A DNA stretch of 64,000 nucleotides from Blasia pusilla. Its lineage: Eukaryota. How positions within the stretch are numbered: position 1 is the first letter of the stretch; the number at the start of each line of letters is the position of its first letter. The notes beneath the pieces are model-generated. The model worked only from the letters and a program-made list of their open reading frames with translations, did not search any database and was not told the DNA's origin. The DNA lies in NCBI GenBank assembly GCA_050084515.1, contig CM114271.1, forward strand, positions 44,950,001 through 45,014,000, given 5' to 3'. Shown one piece after another: positions 1 through 14,599 of the stretch. The position numbers were made by a program, and so were the translations under genes.

Positions 1-491
1 CTCTTATGAGGATACAAAACTACTTACTCTCATATGAAATACAAGGTCGAGGTAGTCTACACTGAAAAATAATCTAGTTGAAAAACTTACAAGATTGTTA
101 GGTTTTTGAAACAAAGTTTCTCATGGGGTAGATTCCAAAAAAATATTTTAATCATGGATATTGTGTTGTTTTATCCGAGGTTTGTAGTATTTCCACTTAA
201 CAATAGTCGAGTCAAGACTACATTGCATTCCATGTTTATAAGTGTTGGAAAATCCAGTAGACCGTAGGATGCATGCATTGAGTTCTTCAAACTATACATA
301 CACCTTGCCTGCATGTGTGTAGTTGTTTCAACACAAAATATCTATATAACTTATGGTGAATATTATTTGAGGAGGGTGCATATGTTTGAGAAGGTTTTGT
401 TTGCACAATGAGAACAAATTTTGGAGGTGGTCTTTTCAATAGCATTGCTATCAACTCATGATATTAAGATTATTTTTTAGTGTAGACTACC

Positions 492-640
492 TCAACCTTG
501 TATTTCATATGAGAGTAAGTAGTTTTGTAGCGTCCCAAGAAATTTTGGGCCAGCAGGGATATAGCTATTTGGAAAGCTTGTAAGCATTTTTTGGAAACAC
601 ATGTCACATTCAATTGGTGCATCCCCTAATTGAACCATAT
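492..640 (-). mobile_element. Possible Copia-type gag fragment
   Basis: MVQLGDAPIECDMCFQKMLTSFPNSY resembles the gag 'G..I.D....K.L.SLP.SY' segment. The match is short and degenerate. Confidence 0.3.
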
Positions 641-1091
641 GTGTATCTTTATCCCCTAAAAAACGATTTTTAGTAGTCACTCGTGTATATAAACTCTGTG
701 GTTGCATGTATTTTGGCCGAAAAATACATAAAGTTTTTTTTGATTTTTCATACTTCTATTAAAAAAAATTTAAATACTTACTTCATAAATATTACAAGCC
801 CCCCTTATACTCACTACGCACGCTTGCCATAAAAAAGTTATCCCTTGATGCCAATTCTACCTTTAGCCCCTTCTGAAAAACAATGAATTGATTTGTTGGG
901 CCGATCCATCCAATAGTGGGGGGGACCAAATTGAGATATATGTTGGTAGCAACATACAACTTGACTTTTGATTGGTAGAAGCAACACCAATAGAGTGCTT
1001 ATATCTTCAAGGGGTTTTCCATGGGCTATATGGCTTGCATTAATGCTTCTTGGTTTCCATTCATATCTTCCCCATCCATCTATATATACTA

Positions 1092-1252
1092 CTAGCATAA
1101 CGCTTGTGCTATGCACGGGCGAAGGTTTCTTGACTTGTTAATTTAGTTATCTCCTTAATTTGATAATGTCAACACCAAAAGAGATTTGAGGGAATAGTTG
1201 TTATCATCGAAGGAGGGTTTTCTCTAATTCCATCCTATTTTAATTATATAGA
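1092..1252 (-). mobile_element. Non-autonomous mini-Helitron (161 bp)
   Basis: On the minus strand it starts A|TCTATATAATTAAAATAGGATGG and ends GCCCGTGCATAGCACAAGCGTTATGCTAG|T: TC start, GC hairpin, CTAG end, A/T target. The 5' part resembles 14055-14095. Confidence 0.7.
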
Positions 1253-1797
1253 TTTAACAACGCTTGTTTTTTTTCTTTGCAATCAAATCTCTTATTGACA
1301 TATAGCAAGAATTTTTTAGGAATACGAGGAATCAAAATTTTTTGGGGGACTTTTTGGACAACTTGAATATTATTGGTCCAATTAATTATGCATGATGTAC
1401 ACTAGTTTGATATATAAGCATGTTTTAATCAAATGAATGGTGTTGTAGTTTTTAACATGGGACCCCATAACTTGGGATCGCATATGTTTCACTTTAAGTA
1501 AGGGATTTTACTTGATTGGACTGGATGTATTTCTATATTTGGGAAGATTAATAGTAATTTATTCATACTTCTATGGTAACAAAAGAAATTTTTCATATAG
1601 AAATTGAAAAATGCAAAATTGCATGATAAAAGTTAATTAAAGAGGGAAGTTTAAATTTTTGGGAAAATGGACCACAAATTATACAAATAGAGAAAAAGAA
1701 GTCCCAAATAAACTTGGGAGATGAAGGTCAAATAAGGAAATTCCCAAAAAATAAATAAATGAAGATCCCAAAACCTTATACAACACTTTAATACATA

Positions 1798-1973
1798 CTA
1801 GTGTATAGTTTGTGCCATGCATGGGAGTGAAGGACTAACCATGATGTACACAAATTCAAAGTTTTTTGTTTGTTGCCCATAGTATAGGAAACATTTTCTT
1901 GTTGCCCAAGTGTCACATGTCAATCAGACAGGTGTTTTCAAATCAAGAAGGCACCCTCCAATAATAATCTAGA
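1798..1973 (-). mobile_element. Non-autonomous mini-Helitron (176 bp)
   Basis: Minus strand runs A|TCTAGATTATTATTGGAGGGTG ... CCCATGCATGGCACAAACTATACACTAG|T. Its 5' ~90 bp resembles 18750-18836. Confidence 0.6.
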
Positions 1974-3309
1974 TTTTAGGACACTTAATAGCCCTAATGG
2001 CTATAATGAAATGTAATCATATGCATCTTTCGTTAGGTGGTGAAAAGAAATCATGTGGAGTTTGGTCTTGATACAAAGTTTTACTAGATGCATAAAAACT
2101 ATTATTTGAATGAAGTTTTAAGAAATGTAAAGCACTAAATGGTTCCCACGTTTTTTTTTCCAAGATCTAAAATTAATCCTATCATTTCTTATGGTGTTTG
2201 AAATTAAGTTTTACTTACATACCTTTCATTTTTATTTGTTACTATTCTCAAAACAATTATACATTCATCATTAAATTAATAAAGATGTCGAAACTCATTT
2301 CCTAGTCCCCAACATCATAAGAGGATACATAAAAATGAGAATAAATAAATTTCCACTACTTAAAAACTAATCATATATGCCATCAAGGATCAAAATTTGA
2401 AGTTTTTGCAATGTGCATCCCTATAGTGAAAAGGTTGGCATTAATGAGCCTTAGGAAAGCGTGGATGGGCAGAGCTTGACGAGTCTTGCGGACATGAGAG
2501 AAATAGATGGCATCAATAGGACCATTCTTATCTCCAGCGTCGAGCAAAGAAGCCCTTTTGGTAGACTGCATCTACCTCAACTTTCCGTGAATAGAAATGG
2601 CAAGCCAAAATGCCTTGACGTTAGTCATTCGCAGTAGTATATGATGTTGCCATCTTGAGTTCAAAGCTCTGGTAGAGAAAATTTGAATTGTGCTCGTGGG
2701 GATGGATTCTTAAATTAGTGAAAGTCTTCGGAATGAAGGCACTCAAAACTCGACCATAGGGTAGGACGACTATCCTTGGAGATAGGAGTAACGACTATTG
2801 CAATGGGTGCAAAGGGAAATGGTCATTTACTTGCCATTGGTTACTCACTATAATCTACACCAATATAAGAGGATGGGTTTACAAAATCCCTCCTCTTGCG
2901 AGTTGACACTTATCCTTTGAGGAGTCCTCTCTCTCTGACATGTGATAAGAGAGAGAAGGGATTTTTTAAGAAAAGTTTCATGGTCCCAATAACTAACTAT
3001 TCTATCTGTATTATTATGAGAGAGAGCCTTTTTATTTTCAAACACCTTTTTACATTTTGAACCAATCCATCCCCATTGTGATACATGTTCTTAAATCAAT
3101 CCGGGCGATTTTGAAGGCCATTTAATTTACTAGGTCATTCATAAATTCTTTTCATTCAATTGGTGATAAATATAGATAATTAAATTTATCCACCATTAAG
3201 TCGCCATCGCCCATGCGTAAAATCCCTAGGACGGATTACGGATATATAACCACATTAGTGTCCATCTCTTTTTGATTGAAGTTTTATTGGTGAAATTCGA
3301 CAGGTTAAT

Positions 3310-4110
3310 CAACGAACCCTACGGTAGCACGAAACCCCTACGGCCGAGCCTCGAATGGGGAGGCGTTTAGGGTTTAGGAGTCCCGTCGACGTGCGAGATG
3401 ACAGCATGGACGAGCGCCCCACGGGAGGCCCACGGGAACGTTGCGGGGGCCCGTTCAGCGTTGAAAGCTCGAGAGAAAGCGGAGGGATCCGTTCCTCGTA
3501 CACTCGAATTTGAAATGCCATCGACGCAGGCCCGCGGCGTACGAGCTGCAGCTTTCTTCCGGAAACGTCGACTCTGTGCATGGGAGAAACGTGGGATCGC
3601 AGGGGTTCGGATTCTCTCGCTCTAACGCGCGGAGAAATCTAGCACCGTACGACAGCATCGCCGAGCGCAGCGCGAAAAGTGGGCAATTCAATCACAGCCA
3701 GGAACCGCAACCACGAACGAAAGATCGTGCGCGGACCGACCGGAGAGGTCTGTGGCAGACGAGATATTTCGATGGCGGGAAATAGACTCGGTCGGTTGTT
3801 TACACTTTACAGACTCCATCGTTTTCTTCGGAATTGTACGATAGAATAAAATCACCTCATTCCCGCCAGTGGTTTTTCGGACATGCACCCTTTTATCACT
3901 TGTAATAAAGGGGAAGCCGAGAGAGATGGATCCGCATGAAAGCCCTGTGGTTCGTGACTTCGTAAAGGTCTTGAAATCTTAGATTATTTTTTTCACTTGT
4001 TTTCCATCATGCCCCTTCTTCCTTTTCGATTCTTGAGTCCTTTTCGATGGGTTTTCCATCACACGGTTTTTATTGAAGTGCATCATTCCTTTCACTTGTT
4101 TTCCATCATC
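3310..4110 (+). repeat. GC-rich dispersed repeat ending in the conserved GATGGGTTTTCCATC tail (copy A)
   Basis: GC-rich block within AT-rich DNA. The tail CGATGGGTTTTCCATCACACGGTTTTTATTGAAGTGCATC at 4045-4084 matches copies B-D. Confidence 0.6.
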
Positions 4111-7100
4111 ATACTATACTATTAAGACCGTTAGCTCTCGCTGAGGTTTCCAGTAAACGTCATGTGTGAACCTCTTTTAATTTTTGTTTCATTTTATCGA
4201 ATAAAATTTGATTATGTTCAAAATAAACTTTGACCAGAAAACGGTTTTAGTAATTATATTGCTCTTTTCGTTAAAATTAAATTCAATTTGTATAATAAAA
4301 TTAGATTATATTTTTGAAAAGTTTTGATTAATCATATATTTAAGCAGAATTTGTTTTACTCATTAATTTAATAATTTCAAGTGTGTATAATGTCATGATA
4401 TTCCCCACTTGGGAAGTATTTCCATTTCCTCTCATCCGATTAAGTGCATTGCTGTGCAAAAAGTTTTTTTAATTTTTTAAGTATCCTTAGCACTTTCGAG
4501 GACGTAGTTTGAATGGACAAAAATTGATAAAATATCAGTACTAAAAACTACTAATAAAAATGCCCATGTTTTATACCGAAATGATTTGAATGACGTAGTT
4601 TGAATGGACAAAAAATTGTACATGATACAAATATCATTACCAAAAACAACTAGTTAGAGTGCTCGTGTTTTGTACCGCAATAATTTTTAAAAGGGAAATT
4701 TAAAAATTCTTCCAAAATTTGCATATAATTTTTGATTTCTTAAATTTTAAAGGAGTAATAACATTCTAGTTTTTTAAATAAGTCATTTTCTATAAATTTT
4801 GTTTAAATAATTAAAAAATAATCCTCCCTTTTATTTTTCCCATCGAAATAACACTCATTAATTAAATAATTATTTAATCATAATTAAAAAAATCATTTCC
4901 CTCTTCCATTTGAATTAAATTCATTTTCCTTTCCCAAAATATCAAGAGTGATTTAAGGGAAAATTTGCAAAACTTTTATTGTTTTGTCTCACTACTCATT
5001 GTTTTGTCTTACTGTACATATAGGATCCCCAATTGTAATATACATATAAAGGTTATCGGTAATGGAAAATAAATCTTGAGGAGTAATGGTAAGTATGCAC
5101 TTAGTTTAAAAGATTTAACTTTTTTCATTGCGAAATTCCTTTGTATTTCTAAACAAGTGATAGGGTACTCATTTTCGTAAATGTAATCTTTGAGAAATGT
5201 AATTTTAAAAGTGAGTAGCTTACTCGTAGAAAATGAATAAAAATGTTTAGACGACTTGGAAAGTGGAGATAACATTGGGTTAATAGTGAACACTAAAATC
5301 TTTTGACAATAATAATAACAGCCATAAAATTATAATTTATAAAAAAGGAAAAAAGTTATTCATTTGAATCTCATTATGCTATGTTTCTTCTTGTGTCTTA
5401 TCTCTAAGGCCATATATAAGATAGAGAAAATTGATATATGCCCCAAAATTCACAAATACCCACAACAACATCTTACTTGGTAACTTTTGCACAAAAATGA
5501 CTGATACTTATACAACGTCACAAGTCAAATCACAAGTTATGACTTGTGATTTGGACCACTAAATTATGAATAAATATGTGTGAATATAATATTTAAATTT
5601 TCTACTTAATTAATTTGGAAATATTATTCTAGAAAAATAAAACCTCATGATGGAATGATAAGGCGACTCCTATTTTTTTAGATTTGAATATTTTAAAGAA
5701 ATTTTCAACATGTCTACTACATTAAAAACTTAAGATATGGCAATGGTACACTACTGCATTGCATGAACATTTTGACTCAATGGCATTGCTATCATAGAGG
5801 TTATATGAGAACTCTATACCTTTTAAATTGATCCTCACCGTTAAATTTAAAGCCTACAATCATTTCAATGTACTACCCTTTCCTCTCATAAGACATATAG
5901 CTATCGTTATGCAAAAAGTAATTTACCGTCTTACAGTGAAGCTAGAAGCTTATAATAACCAAGTGCCAAACTAGTGCATAATGTACATACCAGAAAAGTA
6001 CATGAGAAAAAATAGTTAAGAATGTCTCATCTTATTTTAATCTAATATTTTTTATGAAGTTCATTTTCTCTAAATTTTATCTAGTTTATTGCACTTAATT
6101 TTTCTAAATATTAAATTTCATGAAAATTTGATGAGAGGAAGAATTAGTGAAAAAATATTACAAAGATTAGTAACAAAAGGGAATACATAACGACAGAGTT
6201 ATGAAGAGAAATAAGATGAAATTATATATGCTAAGAATAGATGAATGCCATGACAAATGAATGCGAGGACAAACCACATAGATGAATGTGGAACAAAATA
6301 TTGTAAAGATTGTTAGATGGATCAATGACCACAAGAAATTTTCTATTGGCTAAAACGAATCAAAATTGATATATATAATGAGCGAGAGGCTTGATGTCGG
6401 CAACGCCAACACTCAAGAACTCTGAGGTGTTCTACACCCATCAGCAGAAGACCCAAACAGTGATGGAATAGGAGTTCCAGAATAGAGGGAGTAATGTAGA
6501 ATATTTCATATAGACGCTAATCAATTTCCATACGTATAATCATTTTCATGAATAATGATTTTTTGTATCACGACAACTTGTGAAGACAATAGCGGTGGGT
6601 GATATGGACCAAGAGGCTTGATATTGGCATCGTAATACTCACAAACAAATTTTTTTGAGAAAATTTTGGTACAGGAGATATTTGCATTTCATATAGAACC
6701 ATACAACACATACCTACCACGTTTGAAACTTGTGTTTCTACATGAACTAAAAGTCTCTTCAAATTATATATTCCTTTTTTGACAAAGGATTTGTAATCTA
6801 AAGCCATTGCATCTATCCAAACTTTGGCTATTTTAGAACGGGTAAGGAAATATCTAGATAGATTCCTACCCATTCCTAGATAAGAAACGAGAACCCCATA
6901 AGGTTCCCTTTTCCTATTGATGATTTGCTGGATAGGTAAAGGGAATTGCTTATCTTTGATACCCCTAATGTCCCATCCCACCCCCCTCTAACGCAGTAAG
7001 CTACATAAGGCGCCCGGTTCATCAAGAACAACCTACCATCTCTCCCTTGTCCAATTCATCCAATCCATTCTCCCTCTATCCCTCCATTGTCCAATTGTGA

Positions 7101-7529
7101 GGTTCCTTTGATTTAAAATTTGAGGACCTAGTGGGAACTTTACTGGTGTTGACATATGGATGTATCTTCATTTTGTGAGCTATAAATTTTCAATTTCAAC
7201 AATTATGATATTTATGCCCTCTACATGTAGATCTTTACGTAAGTTCTTGATAGGGACCTCTTCATATCCACAATTTTTTTAAAGTTGTGGAGTGAATTTG
7301 ATGATGTGTCACCTTATCATTCACTTTTTTTCTAGAGTCTACCTTTTATTTAATTATTCTCGCATTAGAGAGTGGACCTGGTGCTAGCCCCTCTACACAC
7401 ATCCTCCACGCGTGTTTATTTATTTATTTTTCTCTCCCACCCCTCTCACGGGGCCGCACACCTTTATAATAGAACATCCTTCTTTTCCTAACAAACGAAA
7501 TAGTAAATAATGATACACTTTTAGAAGCA

Positions 7530-8340
7530 TGTCGGACCAGAGAAAATTTGAGGACATGCATCATTCATTCGAATGTTTTTTTCCCTCTGACGACGTCAAC
7601 GAGACGAGGTTCCGATCTACTGGATACGGAAGGATTCGTTCGAATTTGGACGGTGCGCTGGATCATGACTATTCTCGGGTGACCTGTTCTTCTTCCACGA
7701 TGAGAGGGCTGCCCATTCGTTCGTTTTGACATGGAATCTGCAGAGAATATTTGACTCCGTGCGCGCGAGTGTTAAGGATCTAAATCGCCGCTGCGTCCGC
7801 ACCCGGCGGGCTTGATGAGAATTAGTCTCTATGAGCGCGCCGCCACCTGTCGCAACTACTCCCCGTGCTCTGCTCGGTCTTGTATTGTCTCCTCCAAGCA
7901 CAGAGCACGCGCACTCTAGGCGTAGAACCCGCGGCCTACGGACGAAGCTTGAAGGGACCGACTCTTGAGTCTTGAAGTGAGAAGCACAAAAGCACCTGCT
8001 CACATCCGTCGATCTCGTTGCGATGTGTACCGATTTCTTTCTGGCGCAACCAGAAAGAAATCAGGTGTGTGGTTGGTAGGACCCACGGGAAAGTTTGTCG
8101 CTTTCAAGGACAATCGCAGTAGCACGAAGGAATTAAGGTTTTGCTAGTGTTATTTTGGGTTTCGTGAGACTTATTGTCTGTGCTGTTGGTGAGTTTCATC
8201 GTTAGGGGGGAATGCCCCCTTTTCCTTTTCTGGTCTTGTTGTGGCCTTCAGGTTTTGACTCTTTGAGCCCCCTCTTTAGTACTTCCGATGGGTTTTCCAT
8301 CACTCATTTTTATCGAAGTGCATCTTTTCCTTTCTGTACG
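7530..8340 (+). repeat. GC-rich dispersed repeat with the conserved structured tail (copy B); a degenerate tail duplicate lies at ~8465-8570
   Basis: TGTGGCCTTCAGGTTTTGACTCTTTGAGCCCCCTCTTTAGTACTTCCGATGGGTTTTCCATCACTCATTTTTATCGAAGTGCATC is nearly identical to the reverse complement of 16494-16580. Confidence 0.7.
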
Positions 8341-9119
8341 CGCTTCAATTATGCAAACTTGTAAACGAGGGACGGGTTTATTTCTATTATTTTTGTGTTT
8401 ATGAGTTTAGTCTCGAAAGGAAACAAAGAGGGTGTACCCTCTTCTGCTTTCTTTCAAGCGTCGGATGTGACCTTTGGATATTTGAGTCTACCCTTTATGT
8501 TTTTGGGTTTTTTTATTATTTATATTTATTGAGGTTCATCTTTTTCACATGTGCTTCAATTGTGCAACCTTGTATTGTGGTTGACTATCCTTGGGTTTGT
8601 TCATTTAGAGTGTGGTTTAGTTATGCAACTTCGAGTTAAACATCCCTTCTTCGTAAGTAAAGAGTAAACGAGGAAGGGGCTTATCTCTATTATTATCGAC
8701 AACCCATGCACGGTTAAACAATAAAAGGGTGTTATTTTCTCTTCTAATTCAAATTTAATTTTTTGGAGAAGGAAAATAATTTGAGTTTTTGAGGAAGGGG
8801 AGTGGTTCATTTAATTAAAGAATGGAAGTGTTACTTTTAGGAAGGAATGGTATATTGTTTAAAACTTTATCCGAGAGCGAATACTTCGCTCTTCATGGGG
8901 ATATTACTTCTGCCTTTATTGCGGAATGGGGTTATTTGAGGGAGTGAGATGTTACAACTCCTTTGAGAAAGTAGAAAAATGAATAGGTTTGGGAATGGAA
9001 GATCATTTCTAAACTACTTTTCCAAAAATTCCCTTTTCATGCTTTCCATGGAGGTACTAACTAGTGTCCAAAAATGTTGTATTCAAGTAGGATTGGAATG
9101 TAAAACCATAAACTCTAAA

Positions 9120-9480
9120 GGAAAGATGAACCTTAATAATATGCATGATGGAAAACTCATTAGAAAAACAAAAGAGGGGGACTCAAAGAGTCAAGTATCC
9201 AAAGGCCATAATCGGCCCTCAAAAGGAAGAAGGGGGCATTCCCCCTATCAACTAAACTCACCAAGAGTAGAGGCAATATCGGAAACTCCTAAAGAACTAT
9301 GATTACTACTAAGTGGACCTCTATCGTTGGCGTCTCCCACAACTTGAGCCCGCCATAAAAATTGATTAGCCTGGGCACGTTGCAAAGCTATGGAGACCCG
9401 TTGCCTACAATAAAGAATCAAAATTGCTGAGAACAACCCACTTCTCGACTCGAGATGATGAGCGCTTTAAGGAGCTTAGA
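9120..9480 (-). repeat. Copy C of the structured-tail repeat family
   Basis: The reverse complement shares GGTGAGTT..GGGGGAATGCCCCCTT..GGCCTT..GACTCTTTGAGTCCCCCTCTTT..GAGTTTTCCATC with copy B. Confidence 0.65.
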
Positions 9481-10579
9481 TCTAAAGAGGGCTAAGACCC
9501 AGAGTGCATTGCATGAGTTTATTTTAGAAACTAAATTTAGAAATTAATTTGAAAAAAACCCTAAATTTATTTTTTATTTTAGAAAAAAATATAGAAAAAA
9601 TATATGCATAAGTTTCTTATTTCCGAAATTAATTTGAAAAGAATCCCTATATTTTTCTTAGAATTTTTTTTAGAAAAAAATATTTTTTCATATGTTTTTT
9701 TTGTTTTATAAATTAATTTGGAAAAATCCCTCTAATTTACAAACTAATTTTTAGAAAAAATATATAGTATTTGCAATAAACTATCACTTTTTTAACTAAC
9801 TATCCTCTTCTTTTTTTTCCTCTTTTTCCCCCTTTTTTTAAAATATTTTTCCAATCTTTATTTTCTTCCTTAATTCTTTCTCTTATTATTATTGCGCCTC
9901 CAATTCAGCCTACCTCTAGTTTTGGGGCTCAAATCTGTCCAACTATTCCAAATATCGAGATTTCAACTACACAAAGTCCATTCATCAGGTCATCAGGTCA
10001 TGCCTTTCATCTGCTTTCTTTCTATACATGTTCTCTCCTAAGTCTTCAACATTCTCTTTTTTTTGGTCTATTCTGTCCCATCTATTTATCTTTTTTAGGT
10101 CCCTCAACAACCATGGAGTGATGGTAGCCAAAACTGTGTCGCCGAGAGTCCACTTACCAAATATTTCACTCCATGAAGTTATGGAGAACGTTTCTCCGAC
10201 TGGGCGATTTACTTATGTAATGCCAAAAGTTCAGTTAGCTACCATTGTCCCAATTGTGGATGAATTATGTGAACCTTATCATGAAATTTTTGACAATGGT
10301 TTAACTCTTTGCAATATTAGGGATGAAGTAATACTTATAGTGGATCTCATGCCTTCTACATCTCACGGAAGGAGTTATGCTACCAACACAAAGCGTCACC
10401 ATATCAATTAAAAGTACTTCTTACATTTTTCTCAAGCCTAATGTTGATAAAGTTATGAAAGTAAATTAATTACTCAATCTTGCAAGGAGAGAAACCTTCC
10501 AAGAAAGTGATATTAGGAAGTTAATGTTGCAAAGGAACTTCAATCATACTAATGGTCGTCATACGCTAAGTTTTATGAC

Positions 10580-13500
10580 AGAAATATGCCCCTCATGTCG
10601 TGCTTTGCATTGGAAATGTGAGGTGGTGAGACGTACAAAGGATCATGACTCACTCAAATAGTACGTGTTGTGCCCATGGGAAACTAAATTTTTCCCTCTT
10701 GAAGTCAAATGGTCCATTCTTGAAATTGTTCATTTCTGGTGTTGGTCTTAGAAGCCTTCATTTTCTTACTCGTGCTCGTGCATACAATTCCGCACTTCAA
10801 CTCACATCTACTCGAGTGCATATAAACGAGCAACTTGGTGGCATTAGACACATCAGGGTTCAAGGTGGGATTTCTCATTCTATTGGACCCTTACATCATG
10901 ATATAAGGAATCGTCCTAAATTTGCTCAACTCTACTTTTATGATACTGCAAATCAATTGGAGAATGGTGAAAGTATTATGTCTAAATAACATGATCTTAA
11001 TTTGGACATCTTGAGAGGGTTACAAGAGATGTTACACGAATGCAATCCATACGTGAAAATTTCTTGTGATATAGCGAGTGAGCGTAATATGCAGATCATC
11101 TTGAAGGCAAGTAAACGAGGCCTCGATGCGAATCGTTATAACTTGCCAACAACTTCTGAAGTATTGCTATATTACCATGTGATCGTAGTGAACGCGTTGA
11201 CCACCATGATATAATCGTAGGACTACATGGAGGAGGACCAAGGCATTTATTAGACCTAAATAAGGCATATATCCCATTCAATCTTTTCTATTATTTGTCG
11301 ATGGTGAAGCATGTTGATATCCTAGAATACTATTCGAGTGGCTTCAAGACTCAAAAACACCTCAACATGCAAGAAGTATTCATCATGGGGAGGCGGGAGA
11401 TATTGGAATTTCAGATGATTGCGTGGATGAGGATAGAGTTGAGGATGAAATTATTGAGCGGACAAGAACAAAAAGAGACACAACCTTGCAATTTGCATGT
11501 TTTTTGACTTCAAACGCATATTGGCTACGAGGATGAAAATTCACTACTACAGTTTGGTTGACTTGCTCAAGAATATATGGTTGATCTTCATGCCATTGTG
11601 GAGATGCAGTGATTATCATGGGTGCGCTTAAATCAAAAGGAGATAAGGATTGAATTATATCTGGATGTTAAGGATGCCATGCATCGACATGTTGTGGTTG
11701 CCATAAGGTTTGGGAGACGTGTTGTTTTACCCTCTTCTTTTAGTGAAGGTCCACATCATATGCATCAATTATGTTAGGATGCAGTGGAAATTGTAAGGCA
11801 CCTGGGGAAGCATAATTAGTTTTTTACCATGACATGCAATTCTAAGTGCGAGGAGAATACATGAGCCTTACAAAATGGTCAATCAAATGCGGACCGAATA
11901 GATTTGGTTGTGCAAGTCTTTGAAAAGAAAAATAAGGAGTTGTTACGACTTATCATCAACGAGCACGTATTGGGTTAAATTTTAGGTTGCATTCATATGG
12001 TATGATTTCAAAAAAGGGGCATGTTCATCTTCTAGAGCAACAAATAGTTTATTTCCATGATGTTGATGCTCCTCAACTTACTCAAGCTATTCTACAACAA
12101 AATAGAGAGACGACTCTAACCCAATAGTTTGCAACTAATCGATGTAACTCCACTCCTCGAAAATATCTTCGTATTGATTTTCTTCACATTATCGTTGGAG
12201 TAATAAGACATGGATTTGTAGGTTGAAACAAAAAAATGGTTGTGGCCATCCTATTAGATGCTTATACCGTACTCATCTATGTTAGTTCTCAAGTGTTTTC
12301 AGGGCAAATTCTTTGCTCTTTGGGAATTACTGTTACATACTTCCTACTAAGCTGAGCAAGTCTAACTGTGAGTCGCATAGGATGAGCTAGCTTATTATGA
12401 TTGGTTATTGACAAGTGAAGGATAAGATCATTGTTTGAGATTACTCTTCCATCATATTTGGCGTTAATTTTGGCTTCATCCAGAAGATTTTCTCTATTGT
12501 TAGATGATGGACGTACGGCACATTCACGCTTCAAGATTCTTATCAATCTTTATGAGAGCTTCACTTGTCAATACACACCCTTATGGCATAATATTCACCT
12601 CCGAGTATTACAAGTTTTGATTTGCTTCTCAGTGTCATTCTAATATCCATAAGTATACCAAGGTCTTATGTACTTCCACGTATTATTTGCAATTTAACAG
12701 TCAAAATTGACGCAACATGGTTAATCTGTCGGGGAATGCTCATCATATGGGACGAAGCTCCTATGACTCATTGTTATGCATTTGAGGCAATCAATGGCAC
12801 TTACCAAGATATTATGGGAGTGGTGGTCTCTGATTTACGATAGATACTATTTGGTGGAAAACTCATTACATTTGATGGTGACTTTCATCAAGAGTTGTCT
12901 CTTGTTTGTCATGTGAACCATCCTCAAATCATCCAAGCCACTATCAAACGGTCATCTCTATGGTCTTATGTAAAGGTGATGAAGTTAACAACAGATATGA
13001 GAGTTCAAATATTGAAAGGGCATATGTGTACTCAACAACAAGCCTTTGCTAATTGGTTGTTGGATGTGGAAGAGGACCGTGTACCTTTAAAATGGAGAAG
13101 ACTTTATGTGATTACCATGTGAAATGATTACTAAAAGCATCGAGATATGCAATCTTATTGATCTTACCTATGGAAAATGTTCGAGCCAGTTCTACGATAT
13201 TAACTTCTTAAGAGATACGACTATTTTGAGATCGAGGAATAGAGGTGTTGACGATATAAATGCTCACATCATGCCTCTGTTTTCTATAGAGACAACAATT
13301 TTTATCCATATTTACCTTAACGTTGACTCTCTTCCAAATAACGGAATGAGTCATATATATCCCACTGAGTTTTTAAATACATGTGTGCCTTCAAGAATAC
13401 CTCCACATTGTTTGTGTTTGAAGATTGATGCACGAATCATGCTCTTACAAAACATCAACGGGTCACAGGGACAAGCAAATGGAACCAAATTGGTGATTTT

Positions 13501-13735
13501 TGGATTCAAACAATATTGCATAGATGCTGAAATCATCGGAGGGAAGAATATTGGAGATCGAGTTTTACTAACTCTAGTTTGCCATTTGATTTATGTAGGT
13601 TCCAATTACCGATTCTTCCAACTTTTGCTATGACTACTTATAAGTCTCAAGGTCAAACTCTACAAAAGGTGAGAATTTATTTTCTAATTCCCATTTTCTT
13701 TCATTTTCAAATATACGTAGAATTATCTAGAATAG
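10580..13735 (+). mobile_element. Degenerate Helitron RepHel (Rep + PIF1 helicase) remnant with many stops, frameshifts and deletions
   Basis: Motifs occur in the expected order across frames: CPSCRALHW..CCAHGK, RAYNSALQLTS, PKFAQLYFYD, LHECNPYV, RYNLPT, LPSSF..GP, FFTMTCN, FQKRG, GRTAHSRFKI, LIIWDEAPM, GDFHQ, LTTDMR, YPTEFLN..PPH.L.LK, FAMTTYKSQGQTL, QIYVELSR. Confidence 0.93.
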
Positions 13736-14054
13736 AGATGGGATGTTCCATCCATAAAACGATTGGAAATGATGAAAATTCAAACAAAGAGATGACTGCA
13801 CACGAAATGCAACGTATAAAGAAATATTCCAATGACTTAAAATATTTCCTTTTTTTAAATAAATAAATAAAAAGAAAAAAAAGGAAAATGGGATGAGAGG
13901 AAACACTCCTCATGTGTGTTAACACCTATCCTATAAGGGTTCTGATGGTGTTGATACGTGTCACTTTAACAGAGGGAATTCAACTAAAGGGAGAAAATAA
14001 GTGAAATAATAACTGAATATATTTTAAAATTTGAATATCCAATTTGAATATATA

Positions 14055-14245
14055 TCTATATTATTAACGGAGGATGGGTTTAGAGAATCCCTCCTCCTCC
14101 TCTCAACACGTGTCCACCAAAGGCTTTCCTGGTGTTGACATATGTCAACACTAGGGATTTAAATATAATGAATAAGAGAAAAGAAAATGAGACTATAAAT
14201 TATTTTATTCCAAGATTTTATGCCACCTCACAGGCAACGCTCTAG
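14055..14245 (+). mobile_element. Non-autonomous mini-Helitron (191 bp)
   Basis: Runs A|TCTATATTATTAACGGAGGATGGGTTTAGAGAATCCCTCC ... TGCCACCTCACAGGCAACGCTCTAG|T. The same 5' motif occurs at 2854-2900 (+) and 1210-1252 (-). Confidence 0.65.
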
Positions 14246-14599
14246 TGTACGTATATTTCCCTCTTGGCACTTTACAAATGCAAATTGAGAGAACCATAAC
14301 CTTACCATTAGTATATATGTAATTCCCTCTTGGCACCATACGAGTGCAAATCTATATAATAAGTGGCGATCCCATATGCATAATACGACAAGATAGTGAG
14401 ATAATACGACAAAATAGGCAATGTGTTGATTTTTTTTGTTTGAGCCACATTAGATGGGTAGAAATAGATAGGGATAGAGAAAAAAAATAGGGATTTGAGT
14501 GGAATAGAAAAATAAGTTTATTAATAAATTAAAAATGTATTTAATGTTATAATGGAAGATTATAAATATTAGTGAAGTGGCATAATTATGATAAATAAC

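Noticed and set aside
3366-3378. Telomeric TTTAGGG repeat
   Set aside because: Fewer than two full units.
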